Shown here one piece after another: positions 41,568 to 54,306 of a stretch of 64,000 nt of DNA. The stretch covers positions 38,254,001 through 38,318,000 of the forward strand of contig OZ024743.1 of assembly GCA_964016885.1 (NCBI GenBank). Direction: 5' to 3'. Origin of the DNA: Eledone cirrhosa (taxonomy: Eukaryota). The translations under genes and the position numbers were made by a program. Positions within the stretch are counted from its first letter, which is position 1. Each line of letters opens with the position of its first letter. The notes below the pieces were generated by a model. The model saw only the letters and a list, made by a program, of their open reading frames with translations, was not told the origin of the DNA and did no database searches.

Positions 41568-42650
41568 GTGGTAGGACACTGGAAGGTAGTATCCGTGTGG
41601 TAGAGTACACAGTCCATGGGACAGAAACGATCACTTCACACAGGCAATACTAAATTGCGTGCGAGAGGTGTAAGGGGGATAACTGCGAAAGTCCGAAAGT
41701 TTCTAGTTGATAAGAAAATAAGGATGTTGTAATTCAATCCGGAGTTTTGTAGTCATGTAAGAGGTGTTTCCAGACGTGTGAATAATTCATTTCTCGAGTT
41801 TAGGCAATCACTATGTTCTACCATGACATTAGTACAGAAGCCAAAGAACTTGCCGCCGCCTTAAGATATATATGAAGATACAATCTCTAGCTAAGCGGGC
41901 CGCGTTCCTCACCCTAAAAGATCATAAGGTAGACTTTACTTCTAACCCCACATGTAGACTATTAAACCCGGCACGCGCAGATATGGGACTAGTCAGTAAG
42001 GCCATACTTAGAAACATAGTTAAGACCATTAGGAACAAGTTCAACCTGTCCCAGTGGGAGAACAGCGATTCCGTAATTAAGTGGTTTAACTCCTTCAAAT
42101 CCAAAAAAGTGAAGTTCAAACAGTTTGACATTGTTGATTTTTACCCGTCGATTTCATAGACCCTGTTAAACAAAGCGTTGGAATTAGCTACCACTTACAC
42201 TACCGTCGATGGTTTAGACAGGGAAATCATCGCTCACTGCCGGAAAAGCTTCCTCTTCAACAACGGAGTAGCTTTCGTCGTGTGGACTATGTATTGATGA
42301 ACGAATAAATATTCTAAAGACATTACGCAATATTGATTGCCTAAACTCGAGAAATGAATTCTTAACATGTTGTCCACACGTCTGGAAACACATTTTATAT
42401 GACTACAAAGCTCCGGATTGAATTACAACAACATCCTAATTTTCTTATCAACTAGAAACTTTCGGACTTTAGCACCTATCTCCCTTACACCTCATGCTCG
42501 CAACTTAGTGTGAAGTGATCGTTTCTGCGTATGCGCGTTCGTACGGTTGTCCTTCCTTTTCCGTAAAACTATGTCCTTTACGAGCTGAGGATCCGCTAAG
42601 GTGAAACAATTGTTCTCGGTATGGTGTACTAACTGTTCTGTAACCACTTA
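41568..42650 (+). mobile_element. internally deleted PLE: inverted partial pLTR, RT N-terminal fragment, pLTR with HHR
   Basis: 41622-41810 is the reverse complement of 42334-42527. RT fragment AFLTLKDHK..NPTCRLLNP..QW.NS..VIKWF..FDIVDFYPSIS (41872-42270). Confidence 0.85.
42581..42618 (+). ncRNA. minimal type-I hammerhead ribozyme
   Basis: CGAG-CTGAGGA-tCC-gctaa-GGt-GAAA-CAATTG-TT-CTCG. Confidence 0.8.
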
Positions 42651-42674
42651 TATATATATATATATATATTATTA

Positions 42675-42875
42675 TTATTATAAATGTAAGCCATCACCGT
42701 ATTTTGACTAAAGAAATTAAAGAAATTATTTAGCCTGATAGTGGGTTTCTGATAAAGGGTTCTTAACCCCATTTTCAGGTTAAATAATTTCTTTAATTTC
42801 TTTAGTCAAAAAACGGCGATAGCTTACATTTATAATAATTTCAAACCCACTCGCTGTTTCGAAAATATTCTTACA
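42675..42875 (+). mobile_element. fold-back element (family D), related to 60145-60565
   Basis: ~42675-42753 is the reverse complement of ~42766-42838. TCACCGTATT..TGACTAAAG..TTAGCCTGATA and the tail TTTCAAA..CTGTTTC are shared with the 60-kb element. Confidence 0.75.
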
Positions 42876-42994
42876 CACACACACAGACACCCCCCACCCA
42901 CACATATATATATATATATATATAACGTTAAACTAATATATTTAGTTCCTTATTTCCTGTGCTATTTATTTCGTTGTTTCCGTTTAATGTTTGT

Positions 42995-43026
<32 letters not shown>

Positions 43027-43037
43027 CAACACACACA

Positions 43038-43096
<59 letters not shown>

Positions 43097-43098
<2 letters not shown>

Positions 43099-43845
43099 AA
43101 CTTAATTTAGTTATTGCGTTGCCCTAGCCGGAGGTATATGGTCTGTAATGCGAAGAAATACCTATGATGGCTAGTAGACCACTGATGACGGATAGTCCGG
43201 GCTTCTATTTCTAATTCCTCATTTTTATATATTTCATATGTGCAACAACACAGCTCGCCATTTTTCATTCATATATGCTTTCCCCTTCGCTGTGAACTGT
43301 CTTTTTCTCTTCCCTTACTGCTATCCTCTTTCGCCCTACCCTTTCTCTCTCCTTCTCCTTCTTACTTTCACTTACTCCTCTGCTAGTCCCTCTTTCTCGG
43401 CTAGCCTCTTCCTCACACTTTCACTCACCCAGACTCTGCTACTCACCCTCCCTCTCACTTCCTCCATCGTCCCACACCGTACGAAATACTTTCCTCTCTC
43501 ACGTTCGCACGGCAAAGATGTGTCGTTTGCCTTCTCGTCAATATTCGCGCGTTCTTATGTTCAAAATGAATTATTGACTTGATTTTCTCATTTTTTCCTC
43601 TCTTTATGTTGCTTCACTATTCCTGTTTGTTTACTTGTCTCTCTTTCTCCATCCAACTCTTTTTATCCCTATAACTTAATTTAGTTATTGCATTGCCCTA
43701 GCCGGAGGTATATGGTCTGTAATGCGAAGAAATACCTATGATGGCTAGTAGACAACTGATGACGGAGAGTCCTGGCTTCTATTTTTAATTCTTCATTTTT
43801 ATGTATATCATTATGCAACAACACAGCTCGCCATTTTTCATTTAT
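43097..43845 (+). repeat. tandem ~574-bp unit (1.3 copies) bounded by (TA)n
   Basis: ATAACTTAATTTAGTTATTGC at 43097 and 43671; ~170 bp duplicated. Confidence 0.85.
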
Positions 43846-44164
43846 ATATATATGTATGTAAGTATGTATGTATGTATACGTACATACATATATGTATACA
43901 GATGTACAGTAGTATGTATATAAATACATACATGCACACATACATATATCTGTATACATATATGTATGTACGTATACATACATACTTACATTTAAGTAAC
44001 TGCCGTACTAAGAGTGAGAAATGAAATTTCGTTTCATTCTATTCCATTTATATATATAGGAAAACGTATGACCCCGACAGCAGAGCTCAAGCCTTTTCGA
44101 AGGCTATTTCTGGACTGTGGTGCGTTATGGTTGGTCCATCTGGTTCCATACCACAATTCCTTTG

Positions 44165-44208
<44 letters not shown>

Positions 44209-44243
44209 CTATGTGTGTGTGTGTCTGTGCATGGGCGTTTATA

Positions 44244-44826
44244 CACAGTGTGTCCGAAAATTATTTGTAACGTTTCTGTATTTTATTGATAGTCAATCAT
44301 AAACTGTAACACTTGCAATACTGTGCCATCTGATACTAGAAAGGTTTTTGTGTGAACCAAGTTTTACAACTGTTTATTCATTTAACATCTACACATGAAC
44401 CCATCCAAAATGAATGTGCGTAAACAAATGCGTGGAATGGTTTATGGGAAGGAAAATTAGACACAAGATTTATAATTAAGAATCATACCTGCTTTTAAAG
44501 AAATTGTTATTTTAATAATTGTTTCTATTTATGGCACAATGCCAGCAATTAACCAGTGCATTACTGGTACATTACTTTATCGACCCCGTAAAGATGAAAG
44601 ACAAAGTTAACCTCGGCTGGATTTGAACTCAGTCCGTAAAGGGACGTAACTGTGCTGCAAAGCATGGCGCTTGACACTCTACCGATACTACCAATTCAGC
44701 ACCTTGTTATTATTTTAATAAAGAGAATATTGCGAAAATGCAGATTCTATGGTCAATACTACATCATAAGCCATTCTAAATACAGATATACATTTGAAAG
44801 TGTATAGATTATTTTCGGACACCTTG
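44244..44826. mobile_element. Tc1/mariner-type MITE interrupted by a SINE
   Basis: Imperfect TIRs (TA)CACAGTGTGTCCGAAAAT / ATTTTCGGACACCTTG(TA). Confidence 0.55.
44515..44704 (-). mobile_element. tRNA-derived SINE copy 4
   Basis: Reverse complement of the 5404 family; flanked by TATTTT(T)AATAA-like duplications. Confidence 0.85.
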
Positions 44827-44989
44827 TATATGAAGATGTACATATAAACGTGCACTTGAATGTATGTATTTATATATACTTCCCTTTTGAATTTGATTTG
44901 CAAGATATCTTCAGAAAACTTGTGTTAGAAAAGATATTGTTATACTTTCGGAGGGTCATACTACCTGTTGGTTTTCACTTCCATTTATA

Positions 44990-47330
44990 ATTAATTCTCT
45001 AATCCGCTCTTTATAGGCTTTGCGTACCGTGAGCCATGCGTTCAAATTTCAGTAGCCGGGTCCCTGTATACGATCTAAATCGATCACACAGATCATAAAT
45101 TCATCCCGGTATGCTGTCGTGGTAGTATCTGGAGGCCACTACCGTCTCCGGACGCTCGCCCCGAACTGTCGACCAAAATGCTGCTGAAAAGCCGCAGCCA
45201 TCTGTTTGGAACAAATAAGCCCGCGCCCATCACGGTTTGTCATAGATCTAATTGTAGATTTATTGCCAAGCTGCAGCTCTGCGTCAAGGGCCCATCAAAC
45301 AGCTTACTTTCCATCGTTTGTAAGAGCACGCACCTTTTCACTGACATTGCAACCTTCGTGTTTCTCATTGAAGAAATGCTCAAGTGCTATTTTCGCAGCT
45401 AGAAGGTCGGTTGCTATGCCACTTCTAATCGCTTTATCTACTTTAACTACTAACTCACACTCCGCTCTATTCAGCTTCAAAAGCTACTTTCTCGGTAAAA
45501 ACTATTGATTCTACTCAAATAGCTCTCTTGATGGCCCATCTCATCTGTTGCTTACCCAACAGGCTTATCCGGACACTGACTCCGTGTCCTATCTAGAATG
45601 ACCATTCAGATCCCAAATTTGTGGTCTGAATAGGTGAGTCTCCAAGTGGTTTGTGCAGTTGGTGTACTCTAGAAATCTTACCGGCACATGTCAGACAGTT
45701 GTAACGCTCTGATCAGGTACTTGAGGCTTTTGAAGCCCCGCTTCTATCGGCTACTTCACACAGTCCCAGGGTGCGTCTGCGATGCTATTCTAGGCCTCTG
45801 CTAACACTAAAATCCGAGACATACACCGAAAGACTTATAGATGCCTGAAGTAATCCGGCCTACCGACCACTGTCGGGGAAACTCATCAAATTAAAAGCAT
45901 CACCATCGCTGCTGTTCACTTCCAGGACCACCAACAGGACCACCAACCTACAGTCTGGTTTCAGAAAGATCGACCGTACCAAGCGATCCACCATTTCATA
46001 AACAACACTGTCAGTCTACCGTCCATTGCGGGTCGACTATCAGACTTGTAGATCTCAAATTCCTCTTGAATGGGGGTTAGTGCGAGTGTGTCAGAAATCC
46101 TGGTCTCGCTGAGGGCTCTCATCTCCATTGTTAGTGACCTGAGGTCTTTCAGGAACCGTCATTACTTGTAAGTTGACCCCGGGCCACGTACATTTAGACA
46201 AACTACTCTTAGAACAGCTATGTCGCCCAAAAATAACAACCGAAAGTGAAGGGTTACTTACAATTATGACACTGTTGGAGGTCTGGTGGTTCGCCTTCTA
46301 TTTCTGCTTGTTGTGGTTCCTTTGGGATCACTTTTAAAAGCCTACACGTCGCGTTTACAGTAGGGGTCCCCACGTCGTAGAGTAATCTCTCGCTAATTTT
46401 CTTCTTGTATGGTTCTAGTGGCATCCGCACCATGGTCATGGTTTGCTGTAATATGAAGGATGCATTTGCAGAAATTTCCCCTCTTTCTAAATATCTTGTC
46501 TTCTTGAATCATTAGTTATTTCTTGTTCTGTCTCAGCAACACTAAGTTGTGTGTTTCTGTTATTTTCTGTGGTTGTACATGTTTTTGTTTAGTTTTGTGC
46601 GTTAATGTTGGTGGTTGTGGTGTTTGCGTTGTTGTAGCACTGCCTGTGGTTGTAGCAGTGTCTGTGGTTGTAGCAGTGTCTGGTTGTGTTTTGTGGGCTT
46701 GCTAGTTTCTATTAAGATGCATTTTTTGGGGGGAGGGGTCGTTTTTGTTTCTGTGATTTTTGGTGTTCCCCCTCATCTTAACATGAGAATGCGGAGGATC
46801 TAGTATCTGTGGATTCTGGGTCAATTGGGAGTGGGAGTGTGTGTGTAGCTGTCAGAGTGTTTGTGCTTGAAAAAGAAGAAGAGGGAGAGCTTGCTTGGGT
46901 GACTTCCTTGGTGGTCATGGTTTTCCATCTTGGTGTTGTTGCTGAGTTGGCTCTCTATCTGCTGCTGTTGTTGGTGGTTTTTACAGCTGTTGTTGTTGTT
47001 GGCTTCCAGGAGTTGGCAGCTGCGCTGTTTTGGGGGTCTCCTTTCCCTTCTGTATATGGTAGAACGTTCTTCAGTATGTGGTTTGATCACGCACATGACA
47101 GCGGGTTTCTTTTTCCTGCACGAATAACTTCATGCCGACTTTTTCTGCTTTGATCTGGAGCAGTAGCTCTAGACGGGTTGCCGACAAGTATTCCCTCTAG
47201 ACGAACTTCTTTTCCCGATACGTCTATTTCAAAGTAAACGGGACCCTCAATGAAACAAATATAGATGGAAAGGAGATTGCCAAGACCCATAAAGAGGGCA
47301 ATTGGACAGAACATTTAAGGGTGAAATCTT
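44990..47330 (-). mobile_element. second, older L1/Tx1 copy (ORF1 remnant + APE + linker), rearranged
   Basis: The minus strand at ~46220 reads VLRVVCLNVRG..LKDLRSL..LSETR, homologous to 119-240. ICVIDLDRIQGPGY at ~45100. Low-complexity ORF1-like region 46250-47330. Confidence 0.75.
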
Positions 47331-47399
47331 CACTCTTCACTCTTAAGGTTCACAGATCAAACTTTCACAAAAAACTGTATGGCTAATTAATACGACGGC

Positions 47400-47550
47400 T
47401 TCTTCATCATGATCATGATGATGATGATGATCATGATCATGATCATGATGATCTTCTTCTTCTTCTTCTTCTTCTTCTTCTTCTTCTTCTTCTTCTTCTT
47501 CTTCTTCTTCTTCTTCTTCTGCCACTCCCGTCTTCTCCTCCTCCTCCTCC
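47400..47550. repeat. compound trinucleotide repeat (TCA/TGA)n-(TTC)n-(CTC)n
   Basis: Direct reading of the sequence. Confidence 0.95.
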
Positions 47551-48128
47551 TAACCAAAGACTCAAAGACTCGTTAATACTTTCAATTGCTGGTCAACCCC
47601 ATATGTCTCACGACCTAGTGTATCGTCCATGGCCACACAACTTCGATACTCTACATTTCTACTATTGATTTTAGTAGCTCATGTACTGGTAACAAAATGA
47701 TTTGAGAAGCGACTTACGAAAACTGAGTTCTGAATAATTATTTGGTGCTACATCAGTATTCTCTATATGCATTGTATTATATGAAGATGATTTGACATAG
47801 CAGGATCTGTGACCTTCAAGTCTATACCTCTATTGATTACAATAACTCTCTTATCCTTACAACACGAAATCCTATCTTACACTGACTTCCTACGCAGAAA
47901 ATAGTATTTACTCTCATTTATCAACTTTCTGGAAGAGAAGCAGAGATAAATACACAACACTGATTGATATGAACGTGAGGAGAAATTACTTATTAGTTTG
48001 AAGTGGCGACAGGGTAGCACACATACATACACACACACACACATATGTATATATATATATATATATATATATTCACGCTCACACTACATGCACATACACG
48101 TCCATATATATATACGTGTATATATATG

Positions 48129-48238
<110 letters not shown>

Positions 48239-48259
48239 TGTGTGTATATAAATATATAT

Positions 48260-48447
48260 AACGAATGAGTTGTGGTATGGAACCAGATGGACCATAAACA
48301 CCAGAGTACTCAATATTTTGGGTAGTAGAATGGGTAATGGGAAAATGTTTGACCCCGACGGCAGAGCTCAAGCCGTTTCGACGGCTATTTCTGGAAAGAA
48401 ATAGCCGTCGAAACGGCTTGAGCTCTGCCGTCGGGGTCAAACATTTT

Positions 48448-48450
<3 letters not shown>
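48260..48450 (-). mobile_element. family-B minimal hairpin element (perfect ~53-bp arms + 80-nt tail)
   Basis: GGAAAATGTTTGACCCCGACGGCAGAGCTCAAGCCGTTTCGACGGCTATTTCT-ggaa-reverse complement (48340-48449); flanked by (TA)n. Confidence 0.85.
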
Positions 48451-48497
<47 letters not shown>

Positions 48498-49067
48498 TAT
48501 GTATATATAAATATAAATATCTATTTATTTATTTATATTCATATACGTATAATCTCTTATCTAAACTCTCTTTTTCGGACTCCTACAACACATGTAATTA
48601 CGTATTACTGTAATCAATAGTTTTCGAAGAATTTCATTACATGAAATATGTCAGCAAAATATCCTTGTCATTTGGATCATACTGAAGCTGATGCATCTTA
48701 GTAGAAACAGTTCCTACTAACCTTATGATATACATTCACAACCCTTTCCCATTACGAGGATTTAGTTCTGCTGTCTAGGAAATCTAGACTCCCATAAATA
48801 TTCATTATATCTCTCTATGACCTTTGAATCTTCTTTCCATCAGTCTATTTATCACTACTAACCCCAAACGCAAATCTGCACATGACAGTGCAACATATTT
48901 AATCGCATCATTTAAATCCTAGTCTTGTCTCACAGTAATGTCACTCAGTTTTCTTGGATGCTGGCTGCTCACATACATCAACGTTTATCTTCAATGTAGG
49001 TATAGTACAAAAGCTTCTATTAAATGTCGATAGACTTTCACTCCTCAGGGATTTTACAACCATGACT

Positions 49068-49143
<76 letters not shown>

Positions 49144-49157
49144 AACACACACACACA

Positions 49158-49223
<66 letters not shown>

Positions 49224-49232
49224 TCGATACGT

Positions 49233-49312
<80 letters not shown>

Positions 49313-50360
49313 GTATCGATCTCTCTCACTCCCTCTCTCTCTCTATGTATAAATATATATCTATACATATATGTGTGTGTGTGTGTGTAATGGTTGTAAA
49401 ATCCCCGAGAAGTGAAAGTCTATCGACTTGTGTGAATGTGTAATTGTGTGTATGTATATATATATATATATATACACATTTACACATTCACACATACCCA
49501 CTCACAAAACTAATCTAGGTGACACTATTTCTGTAATTTCCATAAATGTACTCTTGCGACCTAATTTCGTCTCACGATATTCTGCGTAGTTTTACTGTGT
49601 GTTTTTTGAGATAACAAAGAAATCCAACTTGCTTTCAACGATAAAAAACATTCTTTCGTTTGACTTTATTTCGTATAACATTATAATATTAAAGAAATCG
49701 TGCTTGTGACTTGGTCACTCTATTCCATAAAACCTACTAAACTACGAATAGCAAGCTAAACACATCAATCACACGTGTTTTACTCTCTTTGAAAAATCAA
49801 TTTCCTTCAAGGCTGTTAGAAGAAATATAACAAAATATAATATTCAATGATATTAAATTAATGCAATTGTTTGTTTCTTTGGATGCGTCACGATACATAT
49901 TCTCAGTGGCGGTTATCTCTATATCTTAACTAACATTTTCCGATTAACAGGTAAGCAAGTTTGGACAAGTCACATCCTTCTGAACCAATAGATCTTCATC
50001 AGTAGGGCTATGGGCAACATTACATGATGTCACGGTCGCAAGTAACTAATTTTTCGCATAGAATATTCAGAAAAACCAAATTGAAGCTCATTAGGCACCG
50101 GAAAATTAGATTCATATTTATGTGAATTATACCGGTTGGTCAAACATATTCAAGTATTAGAACTATTTCTGTGGTGAACTGCAAATTGGTCAAAGCCAGA
50201 GATGACACTAGTTAGCTACATAGGGATATTGGGTAAACATGCTTTGGCTAAACTTTTTATTCGACGATGCAGGAAGAGAAAATGTGGCTAACATTCCGCT
50301 GATGAATTCAAATAATATTAAACATTCGCACTAATCTCCCCTGTATGATCGGAGAAAATG

Positions 50361-50551
50361 TAATTGTTTCTACTTTGGGCATAAAGGCCAGCTATTATCC
50401 CAGTGTATTACTGGTATTATATGTTATCGACCCCGTAAGGATGAAAGGCAAAGTTAACCTCGGCGGGATTTGAACTCAGTCCGTAAAGGGACGTAACTCT
50501 GCTGCAAAGTATGGCGTCCGACGCTCTACCGATACTTGTTAGCTCACTTCC
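50361..50551 (-). mobile_element. tRNA-derived SINE copy 5
   Basis: Reverse complement of the 5404 family. Confidence 0.85.
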
Positions 50552-50959
50552 AATATGTTTCACAATAATATAATTAATGTCTCTTGTGAATGTTTCCAAC
50601 ATTGTTTCATTTATAATGCAATATGTGCTTAGGCATTTTGCCTTTGAAACACATGAAGATAGCCTAAATAGGCTCCTCCTACTGTTTAACGAATTTCTCT
50701 ACCGTTCATGAACCAAGGAGAAAACAATTCCATGGTCATTCAAGTTCGTAAAGATTTCAGCCAAAACCTATTGAAATGACAACCACTAGTTTTTATAAAA
50801 GACGAACACATAAAGTAATTTAGTTAAGTGTGAAAATGACGTGGAAACGTTAACAATGAATAACCCCACCCACCTAGAAGGGCACTTTACTTCAGTTTGG
50901 ATTGATCGTATTCCTCGACATAGGTTTAGTTGAGTTATTTCCCTTTGCACAATTTAATA

Positions 50960-51150
50960 TGATTGTTTCTACTTTTGGCCAGCAATTATCCAGCAATTAT
51001 CCCAGTGCATTACTGCTACTTTATTTTATCGACCCCGTAATGCTGAACGGCAAAGTTAACCTCGGTGGGATTTGAACTCAGACCGTAAAGGGCTGTAAAT
51101 CTATGCTGCAAAGCATGGCGTCCCACCCTCTACTAATACTTCTAATCCAG
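50960..51150 (-). mobile_element. tRNA-derived SINE copy 6
   Basis: Reverse complement of the 5404 family, with an internal CCAGCAATTAT duplication. Confidence 0.85.
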
Positions 51151-52643
51151 AACAGGAACTAAACAAGAAAATGTTACATTAAAAAGTAAGATATTACAAG
51201 TTGGAACTACTTGAAACTGGAAGGCAACTGGACTTCTTGAAACAACCAAATGTGTCGTTATCTGTACGATAATAATAATCGAAGGTTTACTTGAAATATA
51301 AGGAATTGACATACATATACTGAATATGAAAATAACATAATAAAAACTTAGTATAGACGTTAATCCTAATGGAGTTCCAAAATAAATGAATACATATTTA
51401 TATATGTTTTTGAAACTCTAGATATTGCATTTGGAGTAAGGAGAATCCTAATTAATTCACTAAAAAGCGGTATTTTACGTAGAGTAATATTTAGCAGTAT
51501 TTGTCTTACGTCCAAAGAGATTAATGGCTAGATTTATTAAATATTCATTATGAAACATTTCTCCATACGAATTCAATGCTTTTCTCACTCGTAAAATGTT
51601 ATACAAATTCTAACTATATAAAGGTTTATGCAGGTATTTACTGATTCACATATGAGCGCACCACTATTGTATATCTATATATATAAACGAGATAACGGTA
51701 ACTACATAACTATATAACTATACATGTGCTGCAATGCACAAGCTGTAACATGTAAATAATTCTAGATTTATATTTTGGCAACATATAAAAACAAACGTCG
51801 CAGGATTTTGTTTCACACTGAGATGCGATCTCGATTAGTATTACTTCATAATCTCCATTAGTTAACTGTATTATTGAAGAAACTTTTCCGTGTACGTTTA
51901 TTATCTTATTTGTTTCAGAGTTCGGCCATGCGGGCACTACCTTGATTTAGTTTATGATGTCCAGTAGCCATGTTATCAAGTTTGATATATAATTTATCGA
52001 TCGTTTTTGTCGAACTCCTACGTCACTAAGACGCGGTAATCAGAGAGAATCACGAAAAGACATACACAAAGTTACGCACTAAAAATAATCTAACCCTCCA
52101 TATATAGATGCATGTTTATACATATGAAGAGCTTCTACCTTTTCCTAAAAATCTAGCCTCGAGTAATTGGTCCGCCCGAGGACCTATTTCTTGAAGCTGA
52201 AAGCATTTGCCCAACTTACTCTGCTGCGTCACTGAGCCCAAAATTACATCGGTGTGAGACGATCTCGGTAACCACTAATCAACATATCTATTATTTGATA
52301 TATCCAATATGAAATCATTTGTAATTCCAGATTTATACATTTTGACGAAATGTTATGAAAACAAGATCGGGTATATATTGTTTTACGCTCACGAAATAAT
52401 ATGGCTTTATATTAGAAAATACACCAAGTCTGACTTTGAAGTACATATTCATAATAGTATTATTGTCGTTTGTTCTCAAAAATGCCTTGCCTCGTGTATC
52501 AATAACAATGGATATTCAAATATTCTATAAATGTGTGTTCTCTCACTCATCCCCCCTCCTCTGAGTGTCAGCTTTTCGATCTCTGTCTATATAAATCCGC
52601 TTCGCTGTTCCCGTACACTCGAACAGAAACACATACACACAAC

Positions 52644-52674
<31 letters not shown>

Positions 52675-52677
<3 letters not shown>

Positions 52678-52885
52678 CAAAATTAAGATAAATCAAAATA
52701 TTTTGCGGGTGATATTGCGCATGTCTTTCTGGCATGACACCCATAATTTTGATTTAGATTAAATTCGTTTGATTTATCTTAATTTTGGATATAGATATAT
52801 AAATACGGCTCCTTAATTGTGGAGCAAACTCTGTTGAAAGGACTCGACTGCTGTTTCTAGTTGTCGATAACCATCTTCACGCCAC
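52675..52885 (-). mobile_element. old fold-back element with decayed HHR
   Basis: Inverted repeat AAAATTAAGATAAATCAAA / TTTGATTTATCTTAATTTT. Minus-strand GTGAAGA-TGGTT..AACTA-GAAA-CAGCAG-TC at ~52840-52880. Confidence 0.45.
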
Positions 52886-53222
52886 TGGGACGAAGCTAGT
52901 GTGATGTGTGTATTTCTAGTAAATACTACACGTGGTGCTGGCCAGTCGCTGATTTGAACTTGAAGTGTAAACACGGATTGCTGGAACATCTTTCTTGTTG
53001 AAAATACAAGTCTCCACCTCTGTTGTTTACCATCTGATTAATTGGTGAAATATATGGTTTAATGAAATATATACAGGGAAGATTAATCATATTATAAGGT
53101 ATCTATTTTTGAAGTTCTGGTCAACTTTATTTAGTTACCTACCTAGCTATGTGTGATTACACACTTGTAAACATTATCTCCTGTGATTATTCATGTTTAT
53201 TTATATGTTAATCAATCTCTAG

Positions 53223-53271
<49 letters not shown>

Positions 53272-53356
53272 CATTGACAAGGGCATCTGTGGATATATAT
53301 ATATATATATATAAATATATATATATATATGTATATACATATATATATATATATAT

Positions 53357-53900
53357 ATATGTAAAAGAAACCAAAGAACGCTTACATACTCAAACCGTTT
53401 GGATTTGCTTACAATGTTTCATCCATACCGTTGGGTAGGAATCATCAGAGCTTAATATACAGAGTGCTGAGTATAAGCCCTACCAAGTTTAGTCACACGA
53501 ACAATCGGAATACAATATAGGGTAAAGATAGGGAGATCGGAGATTTCGAATGAGGAGAGAGTACATGCTGGGGTTGTTAAGCACCACACCTAAATGCTAG
53601 GGCACAAGCAGATCTCACAAGATACAGATACAATTGATGGCACACAAAGCAAAAAATACAAACAATGTTTAAAACATAATAAAAAGGTACTCAATACTGT
53701 GTTTATTAATATCTGATGAATCCTACCCAACGGTATGGATGAAACATTGTAAGCAAATAAAAACTGTTTGAGTATGTAAGCGTTCTTTGGTTTCTTTTAC
53801 ATATAACGGTTCTGCTCTCGCACATTGAGCTAATACAGTACCGTCAAAATATAACACGGTGTTTATGCACATACACTGCGTGCTATATGTACGTAAATAA
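53357..53900 (+). mobile_element. ORF-less fold-back element with two opposed HHRs and ~95-nt tail
   Basis: 53357-53457 is the reverse complement of 53704-53803. CTGATGA(53713)-ATCCTACC-caac-GGTAtGGAT-GAAA(53741)-CATTG-TA; minus-strand copy 53407-53451 has stem I GCT/AGC. Confidence 0.85.
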
Positions 53901-54306
53901 ATATATATATATATAGATATGCATTGACAAGGAGATCTGTGGATATATGTTTATTAAATACATACACGCACAAATATACATCAATATATGTATATATGAG
54001 GACGCAAACGCAAACACAAACGCAAACTTAAATACACACACACTTAAATACACACATATATATGCATATATAATAGTGTGTGGATGTGTGTGTTTTTTTG
54101 TGCATGGCCATCAAATATAATGTTATGTTCAACCATTGATACGATATTAGGTACTTGATTAATAATCAGCTACAAGTTGTCTCTTTATTAGGTATGTTAT
54201 AAACTGACTTGTTATAATATTCGAAAGCCTCATATCCATATCATACTATATAACAACATCTATGGATATTTATGTAACTGGGTAGGCATTTTCTCATAAG
54301 TATATA

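Noticed and set aside
49030-49050. CTGAGGA-GT-GAAAGTC on the minus strand
   Set aside because: Only 2 nt between the core boxes and no stem I; the mirror copy is mutated.
49970-50010. Minus-strand CTGATGA near 50000 (also 6889, 41065, 50299)
   Set aside because: No properly placed GAAA with stems; such heptamers are expected by chance in 64 kb.
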